A stretch of 64,000 nt of DNA from the human T2T-CHM13v2.0 reference genome, Homo sapiens. Position numbers and translations under genes: made by a program. The stretch lies in the NCBI RefSeq assembly GCF_009914755.1, contig NC_060932.1; one strand, written 5' to 3'. Shown here piece after piece: positions 38,845 to 53,009 of the stretch (positions are counted from its first letter, which is position 1; each line of letters starts with the position of its first letter). A model generated the notes under the pieces. That model was given only the letters and a program-made list of their open reading frames with translations, was not told where the DNA came from and searched no databases.

Positions 38845-39195
38845 AAAACTTACTTTCTCCAGTTCTGGAGGCTAGACATCCAAGATCAAGGTGTTGACAG
38901 GGTTAGTTTCTCCCAAGGCCTCTCTCCCAGGCTTGCAGACAGCATCCTTCTTCCTGTGTCCTCAGGTGGTTTTTTTCCCTGTGCCCAAGCACCCCTGGCA
39001 CTGCTTCCTCTTCTTAGAAGGACTAGTTACACTGGATGACTAATCCTTCTACAGAGACTGCTAAGGTCCCACTCTGAGGCCCTTTTTTAACCTTAATTAC
39101 CACCTCTAAGTCCCTCTCTCTGAATACAGTCACAGTGGGAACTATTAGGGCTTTAGTAGACTGATTTGGGGGAACACACTTCTGTCCGTAACAGT
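38845..39195 (-). mobile_element. MLT1A-like LTR
   Basis: ttctggaggctagacatccaagatcaaggtg, ccttaattaccacc, gggggaacaca..tccgtaaca. Confidence 0.7.
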
Positions 39196-39637
39196 GCCAC
39201 ATAAATATCTTTAGCAGGATTGATTTTTTAAAATCCCTAAAGATCGTGAGTATTGACATTTTAAGGACGCTTTTTAGTGACTCTGTAATAAGTGGGTGGA
39301 AGAATTGGGAGTTAAATCCATCTGATGGATCAGGTTTTTTATTTTTAAAAATGTGTATTTAAGAAAGAAAGCATTTTCATTTTAACTGCCAACAAAACTA
39401 AACTTCATGTGTTTTCCAATACAGTGTCACATGCAGTTTTTTTGAATTATGTTGAGACAAGGCAATTTTCAGCTAAATGTTCTTTAGAAGCTAATGTTTG
39501 AAGATATTAAATATAGATTAAATTCTGAAATGTAGTTTTCATTCTGTACTTTTTGCAAGAGAAGTTGCCTTTTTGATGACTCTGGCCAATTGTTATTTTA
39601 AAAGTAAATGCTCTTTCTCCCGATTTGATTGTGGCAG

Positions 39638-39727
39638 CATGGAGGAATCTATGTAAAGCGCAGTGCCAAATTTAACGAGAAAGAGATGCGAAACAAGTTG
39701 CAGAGCTACGTGGACGCAGGAACTCCA
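39638..39727 (+). CDS. AGPAT5: AGPAT5 coding exon 4 (HGGIYVKRSAKFNEKEMRNKLQSYVDAGTP), motif II
   Basis: gtggcag| acceptor, CCA|GTAAGA donor; 90 nt, phase 0-0. Confidence 0.95.
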
Positions 39728-42700
39728 GTAAGAGCCTACCCGTTTTTATTTTTCTTACCAGCTCTCAGTTTCTAAATTTAAGAATTAAATTAAAATCTAA
39801 GAATTGTTTTGACAATGTATTTTCCCATGTGTAATTACTAATTCAGGGTTATGCTGAGGTAACAGAAACCCTCTATGTACAGGTAGGCAGGTTTTTCAGC
39901 CATCAGAAAGATTGCTGTAAACAACTAGGTCCTTTGCTGGTCAGTGGACCTTAAAGAGGAATAAAAAGAGCATTTGGTGTCGTTCAGAGTCTATAAATAG
40001 AACTAACTGCATTTTAACCTGACATTTAAGCTAGTTTACAAGCTCATCTTACTTCTTGTCTTCTTTAGTATCAGATTTGGTTTTAGAAGCAGCAACTGTT
40101 TTCTGTTAGTGCAAATTTTGAATGTCTTACATGTACAGAAAAACCAAAAAAGGATGAATCTCTACAAATGTTAAATCATTCAGTGTAAATAATATTTTAT
40201 AAAACTTTATTCCACAAAAGTGGGGAGAGTTCAATCTGCTTTGTATAGAATGCTGATTGCTGCCAAAGGCTTTTCCCCTGGTTCCCTCCGGAGACAAAGC
40301 ACCATGATCACCGGGGCGACTTGGGCTTTCTCTTTCAGTACATGACATGTGCTCAGAAGCTTAGCTCGTGTGCACAGGCTTTCCCTTTCCTTTCTGGCTC
40401 CCTCCCTCTGTCTTCCCTCCTCTCCTCTTGCCCTCCCCTCACCAGGGGTCCTGGGCAGCAGCTGGAGCTCATGGTGAAGGAAGAATTCTTCACGGTCAGC
40501 TGGCGAAGTGCCTGGTGTGAGCATTGTTTATTCACATGCCTCTTCTAGGTGTTTTTACATTAGAACATTGCATCTGTTTTGGGCATGTGTTGGGTGACAG
40601 AAGCAGAATGGAATGAGATGAACAGTGACCCTTTATCCTGTTATAGCTAACCCTTGAGAACCAAGCTTGGTGTCTTCAAAGGGTCTGTTTAGTCTGAAAC
40701 AGTGTGGTGAATTTGGGCAGAATTGTGGTCATTGCATGTAGGTCTCCAAAAGACAGAATAAGTTGGTAATATGGTTTATCGACTTTTTACAAAAAAAATT
40801 TAAAAATCATGAATTTATACCTTAAAATGTCCATCCCACTTCTCTCCCAGCTGTCCAGTCACCCCAGCAATGGATGACTGCTGTGGAGTTCCTTCTGTGT
40901 CCTGCTGTGGGCATTGTATATATGAAGCAAATGAAGATAGCTGCCTTTTGGGTGATGTTGGCATCCTATGCACAGTGGTCCCTTGCTTTTTTGCCCCCAT
41001 GAATATAGCTGCCAGTGGCGCTAGGGCTGAAAAAATCAGCTCTTTACACTTGTCATGTGTCTTGTTTATGTGGCTGCCTTCGTGAGTTTCTTCTTGTTTT
41101 TGGTTTGCAGCAGTTTAAGTATCATATATCTGAGTGTCATTTAAAAATTTTTACCTGGATTGGTCCTCTGAGCTTGGATCTATGATTTGGTGTCTGTTAT
41201 TAATTTTGGAAATTTCTTTGCTCTTATTTCCTTAAATATTATTCCTACCCCAGTCTTTCTTCTCCAGTTATGTTTGTGTTGGTTCATTTCTCGCTGTTCT
41301 TTAGTTCTTAGATGCATTATTCGTTTTTTGTTGGTTTTTTTTTAAATTTTTTTTTTTACGCCCCCTCCCTTTTTTCTTTTTGTGTTACATTTTGGATAAT
41401 TTCTGTTGACCCACCTTTGAGTTCATGGATTCTTCCTTTGGCTGTGTTGAGTCTACTGGTGAGCCAGTTTAAGGCACTCTTCATCTCTGCTACTGCGTGT
41501 TTCATTCCTCACATTTCCCTTTGACCCTGTTTCATAGTTTCCATCTCTGTGCTAGTGTATCTATCTGATCATAAAGCTTAGTCACGTTTTCCAGTTGAAC
41601 CTTTATCATTTTATTATACTTGCAGTTCTCTTAAATTCCCTGCTTGATAATTCCAACATCTGGGCCATATCTAAGTCTGCAAATTTTGATTACTTTATCT
41701 CTTCAGATTGTGCTTTATCTTGCCTTTGTCATACTTCCTAAGATTTTGCCTAACGCTGGGCCTTTTTTGTAAGACAGGAGAAATGGAGGCAAGTTGTCTT
41801 GATACCTGGAAATGGATAGACTTGTCTTTCTGCTTGGCCTTTAGTGTTGAGGAGTGGAGTCAGTCCACTGAGGAGGTGCACTGCATTTGGGTTTTGCTCA
41901 TGTGCTTTTTCTCACAGCTTCAGGTTTCTGTAGAACTCATTACTTTGTTTGTAGGTTGGGGATGTCCTCCCGCTAGAGCTTTTCCTCAGTGTCTATTTCA
42001 CACTCAGCGTTTTCACATAGCACCTTGGAGTGGCTCTCTTCTTTATGCCTTTCCCCACTATACTTCTTGGATACTTGTTACTGAACTCTCGCTAGTTTGG
42101 TGGTAGAAGGAGAGGGAAGGGAAGTGTCTTTTCATTCTTAGGGAGAATCTCAGGGGTGGAGACTTCTCTGATCCTGCCTTGCTTCTGGCTGTAAGTCTGT
42201 GCCCAGTATGTATTCCTGCCTTTACTAAGAGTTTTTCCCTGTTCTCTTCACCCAGCCTCATCGAGTATTCATCCGTGCCCCATGGGTAGCAGGGTTTTGT
42301 TGCCCCTGTTCATCAGTTTCAGGCTGCTGTTCCATAGGAAAGGTAGAAAGAAGGATGTGGGCTGGGCCCTGAGCCCTTCCCACAGGGCTGCTTTTCCCTC
42401 CCACAAGCCTACATCCAGTCTTCCCTGACCGCAGTGTGTTTTCCTTTTTCTTTGTCTTGTGAGTACACAGGAGGTCTGTGGGTCGAGCCTGTGAAATGTG
42501 CTGCATTCTCCTTGTGTCTGTAGCCCAGGGGTTCGTCTGTTCCACTGGCTCATACTTGGCTTTCTGCAAAATTGTTAAAATTTTTAGCTAAATTCTTTTT
42601 ACTGGTATCTGTTACATTGGCCCCCAACTAAACAACCACTTGCATCTTGTTTCTCCTTTGAGTTTTCCATCTTTCCTTAGACTTTTGGGTTAGTTGGTTG

Positions 42701-42922
42701 CCTTGCAACCTTGCAGCTCTCTGAAGGGTCTAAGAAAAGTCATGAATCTACAGCTTGTCAGTGTTGTTGTTGTAGGGTTGGCAGTAGTATTCCTTCAGCA
42801 TTCTACATACTTAATGGAAGCCGCCTCCCATTTTTGGTTAATAAATTTCAAAACTTGGAACAATGTTAGATTTACAAAAACGTCAGAAAGAACAGAGTGT
42901 TCCTGTTTATTCTTTATATAGC

Positions 42923-43225
42923 TTTTTTTTTTTTTTTTTTTTTTTTGAGTTGGAGTCTCGGTCTGTCACCCAGGCTGGAGTGCAGTGGCACGATCTTGGC
43001 TCACTGCAACCTCTGCCTCACGGGTTCAAGCAATCTCCTGCCTCAGCCTCCTGAGTAGCTGGGATTACAGGCGTGCACCGCCATGCCCGGCTAATTTTTG
43101 TATTTTTAGTAGAGACAGGGTTTCACCATGTTGGCCAGGCTGGTCTCGAACTCCTGACCTCTTGATCCGCCCGCCTCGGCCCCCCACAGTGCTGGGATTA
43201 TAGGTGTGAGCCACCACGCCCAGCC
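42923..43225 (-). mobile_element. AluS
   Basis: Long poly-T and a full Alu body. Confidence 0.9.
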
Positions 43226-44864
43226 TTCTTCATCTAGCTTTAACATCTAATGTTGACATCTTACATAACATGGTATATATTTGTCAAAACTAAGAAATAA
43301 ACATTGGTACCACACTATTAATTGTACTACAGATTTTTATTCAGACTTTACCAGGTTTTCCACTAATGTCCTTTTTCTGTTCTAAAATACAATCCAGAAT
43401 AGATACAAATCCATTCAACTTCAGTGTTTTAAATTATTGTTTTTCACTATATGAAGTGCTGTGTGGTTTTTGTCAAATCTGTTATTTTGGTTTTAATCTT
43501 CAAGCTTGTCTTTGTTTCTTTAAGTGATAAAGGCATAATTTAAAAGGTGTGTTGGGTTATTTCAGTGCCTAAAGTCTTGTCTGAGTCACTTGTTTTCTGC
43601 TGTTCTTGCTTATGGTACTTTCTTTCCTTGTTTGCTTTGTTATCTTCCTTTGCTGCTGGCTGTGTTTGGTTAAGTTATTTGTGGAAATCAGTTGAAGCCT
43701 CAGGTGGGAGTGTCTTTCTCCGGAGAACATTTCTACCTGTTTTAGCTGGGCCCCTTAAGGCTCCTCTAGCGTGGGCCCCACCCAAACGAGATTCTGAGTT
43801 GAAGGTGAACTGAGCCATTCAGGCAGTGCAGCCAGGGTTGCAGATGCACGTGAGACCTGCTCACCTCTCATTTACTTTCACCCTGAGAGTAGAGCCTTTG
43901 GTGTTTCGTTCACTTGTCTGATTCTCTCTTCACAGTTCTATTAGAAGGTCCATGGGTTTTGGTTTCTGTGCCCTTCATCTTATGAGTCTTGTAAATCAAA
44001 GTTCTGTTTTATGCTTACTTCTGCTTTACTGTGTTTGCTTAATTTCAGTCTTAACATCTTGCCAACTCTTGGGTACTTTTAAAATAATGTTATATCCAGC
44101 TTTTTAAGTTGTTTTCAGTAGGAAGGTTGATTCAAATAACCTAGTCTGGTTATGGGCTACGAGAATAGCCTCCCTGTTTTTTGTGGGCAAAATTCCAGCC
44201 TTTTATGTTCCTAGCGCAGTGTGGATAACAGACTGGCAGGTTCAAGAGGCCGTGCTGAGCAGCTTTCACTGTAAGGTCACTGTCCCAGGTCGGGTTTCTA
44301 AGAATCTGGATGGTTGTTTCATTTCTTAATATGTACGCCCTGTGAGAGCGGATACATCTTGCTCAGGTTCTTATGATTCTTTTGTTTCTGAAGGTGAATT
44401 AAGTAAGTGACATGGTAGAATATGTTAAGTCAACTTTCGTGTGGCTTACTAGTTCTCATGAATCTATTCCATGATTGTATCAGTTCTTATTCGGTATTAG
44501 TATTTAAGAAATGCAGAATTTTGTTTCAAAAAATATATTTGTATTATAAGTTGTGAAGAAATACATCTCCATAATTATTGCTGGGACAATACAGTATTTT
44601 CTTAAGGAACTTATTGGTTGTGGATGCAAATGAAGCATATTTGTGATAAAAATAACTAATAGAAGTCATTTTGTTAGACTATGAGCTAGTAAAACTTATG
44701 GCACAAACATGGAGACTTAACACTTTTTCTTCCAGCTTTCACTTAAGTTCCTTTTCAGATAGGAGGCAGCCTGGTGGATAAGAGTATTGGTTTTGAAATT
44801 AGATTCAGGTTTAAATCCCAGATCTTCTGTTTAATCTTTATTTTATTTCAGGTAGATTTTCTGG

Positions 44865-45759
44865 ATAACTTGCTATAGCTTATACATCAGTACTTGCCAC
44901 TTCAATTTTATGTTATGGAGAGACGGCTTCTTTCCTTAAACCTCACGAACCAACCTCTGCTAGCTTCTAAGTTTTTTCCTGCCACTTCTTTACCTCTCTC
45001 AGCCTTCAGAGAATTAAAGGGAGTTAGGGCCTTGCTCTGGATTAGGATTTGCTTTAAGGGAGTGTTGTGGCTGGTTTGATGTTTTATCTAGAGCACTCAA
45101 ACTTTCTCCATATCAGCAATAAGGCTGTTTTGCTTTCTAATCATTCATGTGTTCAGTGAAGTAGCACTTTTAATTCTCTTTAAGAACTTTTCCTTTGCAT
45201 CCGCAACTTGGCTGTTTAGTGGAAAGGACCTAGCTTTTGACCTACCTTGGCTTTCAACATACCTTCCTCACTAAGCCATTTCTAGCTATTGATGTAAAGT
45301 GAGAGACATGCAACTCTTCCTTTCACTGGAACGCTTAGCAGCCATTGTAGGGTTATTAATTGGCCTAATTTCAATATTGTTGTGTCTCAGGGAATAGGGA
45401 AACCCAAGGGGCGGTAGAGAGAAAGAGAGACAGGAGAACAGGCCATCATTGGAGCAGTCAGAACACACACGACATTTATCAATTAAATTTGTCATCTTAT
45501 ATGGGTGCAATTCATGGCACCCCCAAACAATTACAATAGTAACATCAGAGATCACAGATCACAATAACAGATATAATAATATGAAATATTGTGAGATTAC
45601 CGAAATATGACACAGAGACGTGAGGTGAGCACATACTGTTGGAAAAATGGCACCAATAGACTTGCTCGATGCAGGGTTGTCATAAACCTTCAATGGGAAA
45701 AAAATGCAATTTCCGTGAAGCTCAGTAAAGCGAAGCATGATAAAATGAGATGAGCCTGT
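44865..45759 (-). mobile_element. Tigger1 5' portion
   Basis: ttaaacctcacgaaccaacctctgctagc, ggttattaattggcctaatttcaatattgttgtgtctcaggg; ends ..gcctg (TIR). Confidence 0.82.
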
Positions 45760-45799
45760 CACTCCTAAGAATGTTCCTGTACAAGTTTTTTGCATCTGT

Positions 45800-46950
45800 T
45801 ACTTACCTTTTCCTATTTGTGAATAGTATCTTTTTTGAGTACGTGTGTTTTTTTATTTTTATACATTTATATGTATCTTTTGAAGAACATACTTTTAAGC
45901 TTAATTTATTGATTTTTTTTCTCTCATAATTTCCACTTTTTGTATCCTATTTAAGAAGTCCTTGCCAAACTTAAGGTTGCTAAGATTTTCTCCTTTGTTT
46001 TCTTCTGGAAATTTTAGAGTTTTGCTTTTACATTTAGTTCTAGGATTTATTTATAATTAATGTTTTCATATGGTGTAAGATCGAAGTTCATATTTTTTTA
46101 ATATAGGTAACCATCACTATAGAAAAGATTATTTCCCCCCAATGTTTGAAATAAGTAGACTGAATATAGATGGGTCTGTTATCCCTAGATCAATGGAGCA
46201 TTTGTTCTGTTATATTGATCTATATATATATATCCTTATGCCAATACCATACTGTCTTAATAATGCTTGCTTTGCAGTAAGTTTTTAAATAGTGTAGTTG
46301 TCTTCTAAATTTGTTCTTTCTTTTCAAAGTTGTTTTGGCTATTTTAGGTTTTTTGCATTTCTGTGTGAATTATAGAATTAGCTCGACAATTTCTACCCAA
46401 AGTTTGTGGGCTTTTCATTTTGATTGTATTGAAGATATAGATGAATTTGGGAAGAATTGATATAACAGGATTGAATCTTTGGATTCATGAACGTAGCCTG
46501 CATTTGTTTACTTAGGTCTTCTTTATTTATCTCAGTGTGTTTTGTAGTTTAATGTACAGATTTGCACATCTTTTGCCAGATATATCCCTAAGAATTTCAG
46601 TTTTTGATACTATTGTAGATGACATTTAAAAAAATTTCAAGTTTTTGTTTGTTGACCTAGGCATATATTTGACTTTTTAATATACTAACCTTGCTAAACT
46701 TATTTATCATCTAGTAACTTACAAAATATATTCCTTAGGATTTCCTACATAAACAATCATGTCATTGTTATAGAAATAACAGTTTTACTTTGTCCTTTTT
46801 AATCTTGATGGCTTTTATTTCTTTTTCTTGCTAAATTTTCTGGCTAGACCTCCTAGTACAGCCTTGACTAGAACTGGTGTGAGGGAAATCCTTTCCATAT
46901 TCCTCATCTTTAGGGAAAAGCACTCATTCTTTTATCCATTCTTTAGTTCC
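45800..46950 (-). mobile_element. Old L1 (L1M) ORF2/3' fragment
   Basis: T-rich; gttgttttggctattttagg, tgtattgaa..tatagatgaatttgggaagaattga and similar L1 antisense motifs. Confidence 0.65.
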
Positions 46951-48734
46951 TAGCCCCATTGCCCTTCCTAAATTTTTTCTCATCATTTTCCTTCATCACA
47001 CCTTGTTCTTTTTCTTTGCAATCATATCATGATATGTAACGACATGTTTTTATTTATCTGTTTAATGTATTTCTTTTCCTCACTTGTCCATGAAGGGAAG
47101 GACCATATGTGTTGTTATCCTTTGTGCAGTTCCTGGAACATAATAAGTATATAAGAAATAGTTTCTGAATTAGCTGTGAATGAATTCATGCCTTCCTGCT
47201 GTCTGTCAATGTTCTTTTAAATTAAACATCTAAGACAGCAAATAATACCACATGAGTTATTAACCTGAGAAATAATCGTTTTATTTATAAATGACTGAGT
47301 TGAAAGCTGATAGCCCACAGTAATTGCTTTCATGGCTTTGAATATAAACCTTACTGTTACAAAACACATTTTCATGAAAATGAATGTGTGGTGTTTGGAA
47401 ATAGCTTTAATGTTTGTCTTCCTGTTTTTCCTTCTAGTTGCTATAATATAATAAGGAATTTTGTATGTTTTTCCTAATTGTACCCACTTTTCTACATTTT
47501 CTTAACAGATCTGGTGAATCTTCATTATTAAATATAATTATACATATAAATTATTGTTTAATAATAATATTAATTATTAAAAATAATATAAATTATTAAA
47601 TATAAAGATACATATAATATTATCTGTTAATTTCTAAGTTAGGTGTGGGTTCTGAAGACTATTATATGAATGAACAAAAAGCTTGCATATTTGCGTGGAA
47701 GCTGAAAGTACGAAATTTTTAGATACCATTATACCAGTATCTAAAGAAAAAATTCAGTACCACATAGGTTTTTAAGTAGGAGCTGTATGATCATAGGTCA
47801 TCCAGATGAAGGAAGGCTTCTGTACCAGACGTACAGAGGTAGACAGTGTTGTCTGAGTACTGTCTGAGATCTGGCAAGAATGAATCCAATAAACGTAGTT
47901 TTCTCCCATGAGCTCCTGTCTTGTTTCCTGTATTCTGTTTGTATTTGAAAAGATTTGGTGTGCATAACTTATTTTTGTCTTTTGGCTGTCAATCAAAGTT
48001 ATTAGTGTAGTTTTTGTAACTCAGTTCTCAAGCTAGGAGTTTTTGCTGTATAATTTTAATGTTTCTGTTTTTACTTTCCTAAGCAGATAAGCGTAAAAAC
48101 TTAGACTAATTGATTACTTATTAAACGTCCAGCTTGATATTCTTCTTTATATTATTTTAGTTTCAGTTTATATAACAAATGAGGTTTCTTATAAATAAAA
48201 TTTAAAATGCACTAAAGGAGCTGTGTGAAATAGGAATTCTGTGTGAAGCTTTTGAATGTGAACATTTAGAACGTTTCACATGGTGGGAATTTACTATATG
48301 ATTTTCATCAAATGAGGTACTTTTTAGTGTTGGTACTTAACGATACTGATTTCTAAAATTTGTATTTCTAAAAATGACGTATTACAGGATCTGAAAGGGC
48401 AAAAACTCATTGAGGCTTTGTATGAGTCAGCGTTTCATGGCCTATTTTTAATTAGTGAATTATTAGCATATAATTAGAAATGTTTTTAGATTCTTCATGG
48501 CTGACCTACCAATGAATGTAGCACTGCATTTAAAATATAGTTCACGTTATGTTCATACTTAATTGTTGCATTTTGTTTGCCCCTCTTGAAACGAAGGTCA
48601 CATGTAAATAAATATACATTTTCTCCTACTGTAGGAAATACTCTGTTAGCATTAGTAGGTTTAGCTTTTTTAGGTTAACAATAACAAAAACAAAGCTCAC
48701 ACAAAATAAACCAAATTTGCTCTATGTCCCACAG

Positions 48735-48825
48735 ATGTATCTTGTGATTTTTCCAGAAGGTACAAGGTATAATCCAGAGCAAACAAAAGTCCTTTCAGCT
48801 AGTCAGGCATTTGCTGCCCAACGTG
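48735..48825 (+). CDS. AGPAT5: AGPAT5 coding exon 5 (MYLVIFPEGTRYNPEQTKVLSASQAFAAQR), motif III FPEGTR
   Basis: tcccacag| acceptor, GTG|GTAAGT donor; 91 nt; canonical glycerolipid acyltransferase FPEGTR motif. Confidence 0.97.
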
Positions 48826-51614
48826 GTAAGTAAAAATTTGAGTGTTTGAACAAATAATTTTCAAAGATAATAACATTTTTAGTTTTTCTTCCTGGAAAAG
48901 ATACTTTTGTTTTACAGTTGAAGGAATGAATGTATTCATTCCTTGAATTAGTGTACATATTATCTCTTAGGAAATGAAGTTTCTTCTCCTTAATTCACTT
49001 TCATGCTATTATTACATATATCTGAGAAATTAAGTTGAAGTGCTTGTTACGATACATATTCTTGTGCCATGGATTTATTTAAAATCTATCTAAGTACATG
49101 ATTATGTAGATGGAAGCTTTTTCTACAGTGTATGGGTTATATGTAATGGAGCTTCTGTTTTGTAAGATGACAGACCTAAGTTGGAGTCCAAACTCGTACT
49201 TTTATTAGCTGTATGGTTGCAACTTGGAAGTTGTGTAATGTTGCTGAGCTTGCTTCTTCATCTCTTAAAAGAACATATGCCTTATAAGTAGATCTAAATC
49301 TGTGTGAGGATTAGATTAGAAAATATGTCAAGTTTCTATTGGAGAAGTTACACAAAGTTGGTCCACAGTGCTTGGAAGCTGTTAATGTCTTCAACAATGG
49401 TAATGTTCTTAATATCCATATTTTAGAAAATTGAATAATTGGTACACCAATAAGCTATGCAATTTAACCAAATTGGGAAGTATACAGAAAACAGTGGCTA
49501 TGCTATGTTCTTAGAGGTGTCTTTGAAGCTTGACTGTGATTTAGTGTGTGATCTCCATATGTTGATAGTCACTCACTGAGCAAATACCTTGTTGGTGACA
49601 TTACAGCAGGGCCTATGACAGTGCTGTCTAATGGAACTTTCTGCAATAATGGTAAAGTTCTTCATCTGTTCTGTCCAGTGTGCTGGCTCCTACCAATGTG
49701 GTTTTTGAGCATTCAACATGTGACTAGTGCATGAAACTAATTTTTAATTTTATTTAATTTTAGTTTAATTAAAAATAAGGGGGAGTTTTTACAAGGTGCT
49801 TACAAGAGCAGATATGTCATAGGTATATGACATCATTTGTAACAGTACTTTTAAAAAATGCCAGTTTGTTTTTAAACACATGTCCTATTAAGTAAGGAGT
49901 GCTTCAGAATAGGAGGGTTCAGTTGGTCTCCCCATCTGCCAGCTCTCTTTTGACTTTCATTGCTTCCTCTGTCTAATAGACATGACGTTCTGTCATTTCA
50001 GTTGCTCTTTTGCAATGCCATTGTCTCTTTTGCCCTTTTCACATTTATTAAACAGAACAAAACAAAAACCACTCTCGAATCTGTAGTCTACCTTTGTTGT
50101 AAGCACTTTTTCCAGTACTCACTCTGCCCTCAATTTGTTTTGGTCTGATTTGAAATTCTCTCCCTAGACTTCTGTGGGGCTGTTCTCCATTATCCTCCCA
50201 ACTCTCTGGCGATTACTTCCTAGCCTCCTTTCCAGCCTCTTTCTGCTTCATTTCTCCCTGCTACATGTGTTATTTCCAGTGTCAGGTTTTGGTGTTTGAT
50301 TAATTTCACTTTTTGTTTCTCATGGTGGCCTTCCTCTAAATCCATGGCTTTAGCCATCGTTTCCTTGACTGCTGATGACTCGCAAAAGCTTCCTCCCCTC
50401 CATGTCTCTCTGCCTAACTCTGGACCCATTTGTACAATTGTCCATTAGAGAGCTTCGCTTGACTGGCCCAAAAGGATGTCTCAAACTCAGCATATTGAAG
50501 ATAGAATTTATCCTTCCATGCATACACTCATATTTCTTGTCTTGGTAACTCCATCATTCAGTTTTTTTGCCTAAGTTTTATTCACAAAAAGAACAAATTG
50601 ATAGCAGTTGCATACCTCTTATAGGAAACTTAGACATGGAGGAAGAAGCTGTTCAGATGGGGTCCTGCAGAAGTGCAGGCACTGTGGTAATATTTAAACT
50701 TTTCTCAGCTGTTCGAAGGGTTTTGTTTTAACTAATTTTCCTTAGACTTGTTTTAGGTATTTGGCTTTCTAATGGTTATAAGGGATGTGGAATTAAATGT
50801 ATCTTAATCTGCCACCTGGACCCATTAAAGTAAGCCCCTATGGTGGTTTTTTTTTTTTAATTGCCATGGTTAAAACCATAGTTGCTAGCGAAGGTGACAT
50901 ACTTAAGCTTTTTGAACTCTCTTAATAGAAAACAGAAATTTAATGATGTGTCTATAATGGCAAACCAGATACCTAGAATTTCCATGTTATTCATAGGGTG
51001 AATAACACTGGCGATTGTAGAGATTTGAGAGTTCTTTCAAAACATGAGAACAAAGGGAATAAGCTACAAAGCAATTTTTTTCTTTGTAGACTTAACTGAA
51101 TAAAAATTATTTTTATGTCTCAAACATCATATGAACAAATTTAGTTGGCAAATGGCAAGCTAATAATATTTTATAATATAGGATATTAATATACTTAATA
51201 TTACAAAAGTGCTTCATAATTAGAAAAGACATAAACTAGAAAAATGGGAAAAGGGCATGAATAAGAAATTCAAGAGATACAAATGACCCACACACTTGAA
51301 CAAATGTTTATTCTTTCTCATAATCAAAGAAGTAGAAATTAAATGAATACTTTGAAGCCAACTTCTGAGAAAGCATAGCAAACAAGAAAGCTAGTGCTCA
51401 GCTTTGTGTGGTAACGGCACTCTCGCTCTTAAGAAGGTGTGTTTGCTCCCTGTGGCTGCTCTCAGGCAGGGCCACAAACTTGGTGGCTTAAAACACCACA
51501 GATTTCTTCTCTTACATTTGAGAAGTCTGAAATGGGTCTTACTCAGCTGAAATCAAGGTGTTGGCAGGGCTGCAGTCCTTTGTGGAGGCTTGGGGGGATC
51601 TTGTTCTCCTGTAC

Positions 51615-51690
51615 GGGGTCCTGTGCTTGGTTCGGGGTCCTGTGCTTGGTCTGGGATCCTGTGCTTGGTTCGAGGTCCTGTGCTGGGTCC
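51615..51690. repeat. 19-bp minisatellite x4 (GGGGTCCTGTGCTTGGTTC) inside an MLT1 remnant (~51450-51790)
   Basis: Units start at 51615, 51634, 51653 and 51672. Confidence 0.9.
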
Positions 51691-52237
51691 AGTGCTCTGC
51701 TTTTACCACCTTGAAGTTCATCTGGAAATGGCACTGGCTCGCCCACACCATATAGCTGACTCTGGTTCTCCCTCCTCCTCACTCGCTCTAAACCTGTGTT
51801 TTTGGCTGATTTCTAATCTCTCTTTCCTTGGCCCTTCTGCAGCTTGCAGGGCCTTCTGCAGCTCTTGTCTGCCCCAGCCCCGGGGTCTGCCCATCCCAGT
51901 GCTGGGCTGTTCTGTTCCTGCCCTGCCTTTCCTCAGCCCTTGGCAACCCTGTTTGTTTTCTCCCTTCCTTAGCAGTGGAGAACATCGTAAGATCAATGCT
52001 GACTGCCTTCTGCAGCCAAGCCAGGCCATTTCATTTCAGCCGAGCCAAGTCTGTGTGGAGCAGTTCTTTTATTTTTCTCCTTTTGACTACCTCATGGTTT
52101 TCACGGATTTTTGTTCTCTTCACATTCAAGGATTTTTTGCTTTCAGAAAGTTATATTTCTCTGGAAAGAGTGCACCCAATATCCCTTTTGATTTCAAAAT
52201 CTTAATGTGGAGTCTCTTGACTTGGATTTCTTTGGAA

Positions 52238-52318
52238 GAAACTGCTGAAGCTGCCATGTCTAAGAAGAAAACTTTGGAGAAAAATTTTCTTCTTAGACAT
52301 GGCAACGTCAACAGTTTC
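52238..52318 (+). ncRNA. MIR4659A: pre-miRNA hairpin mir-4659a (intron 5)
   Basis: Perfect 20-bp inverted repeat TGCCATGTCTAAGAAGAAAA (52252-52271) / TTTTCTTCTTAGACATGGCA (52285-52304), 13-nt loop, extended GAAACTG..CAGTTTC stem; matches my recollection of the miRBase precursor hosted in AGPAT5. Confidence 0.85.
52242..52314 (-). ncRNA. MIR4659B: pre-miRNA hairpin mir-4659b (antisense reading of the same palindrome)
   Basis: The reverse complement also folds into a perfect hairpin; recalled as the opposite-strand annotation. Confidence 0.75.
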
Positions 52319-53009
52319 TAAGCTCTTGATTCCGTCTACCCTGTCTCCATCGTTGCCTCAGTCATCTGCCTTACTTCTCTGCAGGGGTTTCTCCCAGCTT
52401 GCAAATGTACTCCAATTCTGAAATAACTAAGTCTATAGCTGTGCAAAGAGAAGTCTGGGCCCCTTGCTTTCTTGTGTTTGACTCCATCCACTCTCCAGAA
52501 ATGAATCCCACTTCTCACTTAACCACTGACCTCCAAAGCATCGTATCATTTGTGTCAGTTGTCATATTTGTTAACTTTCACATAACTTTTGACATTATTT
52601 ATACCTTTATAACCAGGAAATAATTTTAACTTTATTGTAGAAATAAACAATGGAGTATAATTTTTCTTGTTGAAGATAAATATCACCTCCTCTTCCTTTA
52701 AACATCTCTTCCCTTTGTTTTTGTATTACATTGGTTTCCCCCCTTTTTTTATTTCCTGGGTTGTCGTATTCCCTGTTATTATTTTTACCTTTTTTTTTTT
52801 AATGTGGATGTTTCCGGAGTCTGTATTTCTTGCCTTTTCATCTTCTGCCCTTTATTATTCTCAGCCACTGCCATTACTTCAGTTATCCATTCCCATGGTT
52901 TCCACATGCTTAGCTTCGGTTGATTCTTGCCATTTTACAGACCATATTTCCAACTACTTCTAGAATGTTTTGTTCCTTCAGCCTCAGTATGCCCAATTTG
53001 AACTCATGT

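Noticed and set aside
51615-51690. Regular repeats as a CRISPR-like array
   Set aside because: Head-to-tail units without spacers, in eukaryotic DNA
51590-52321. 243-aa + strand ORF
   Set aside because: Runs through a minisatellite, LTR remnant and the miRNA hairpin; non-ATG start, no domain similarity, no splice support
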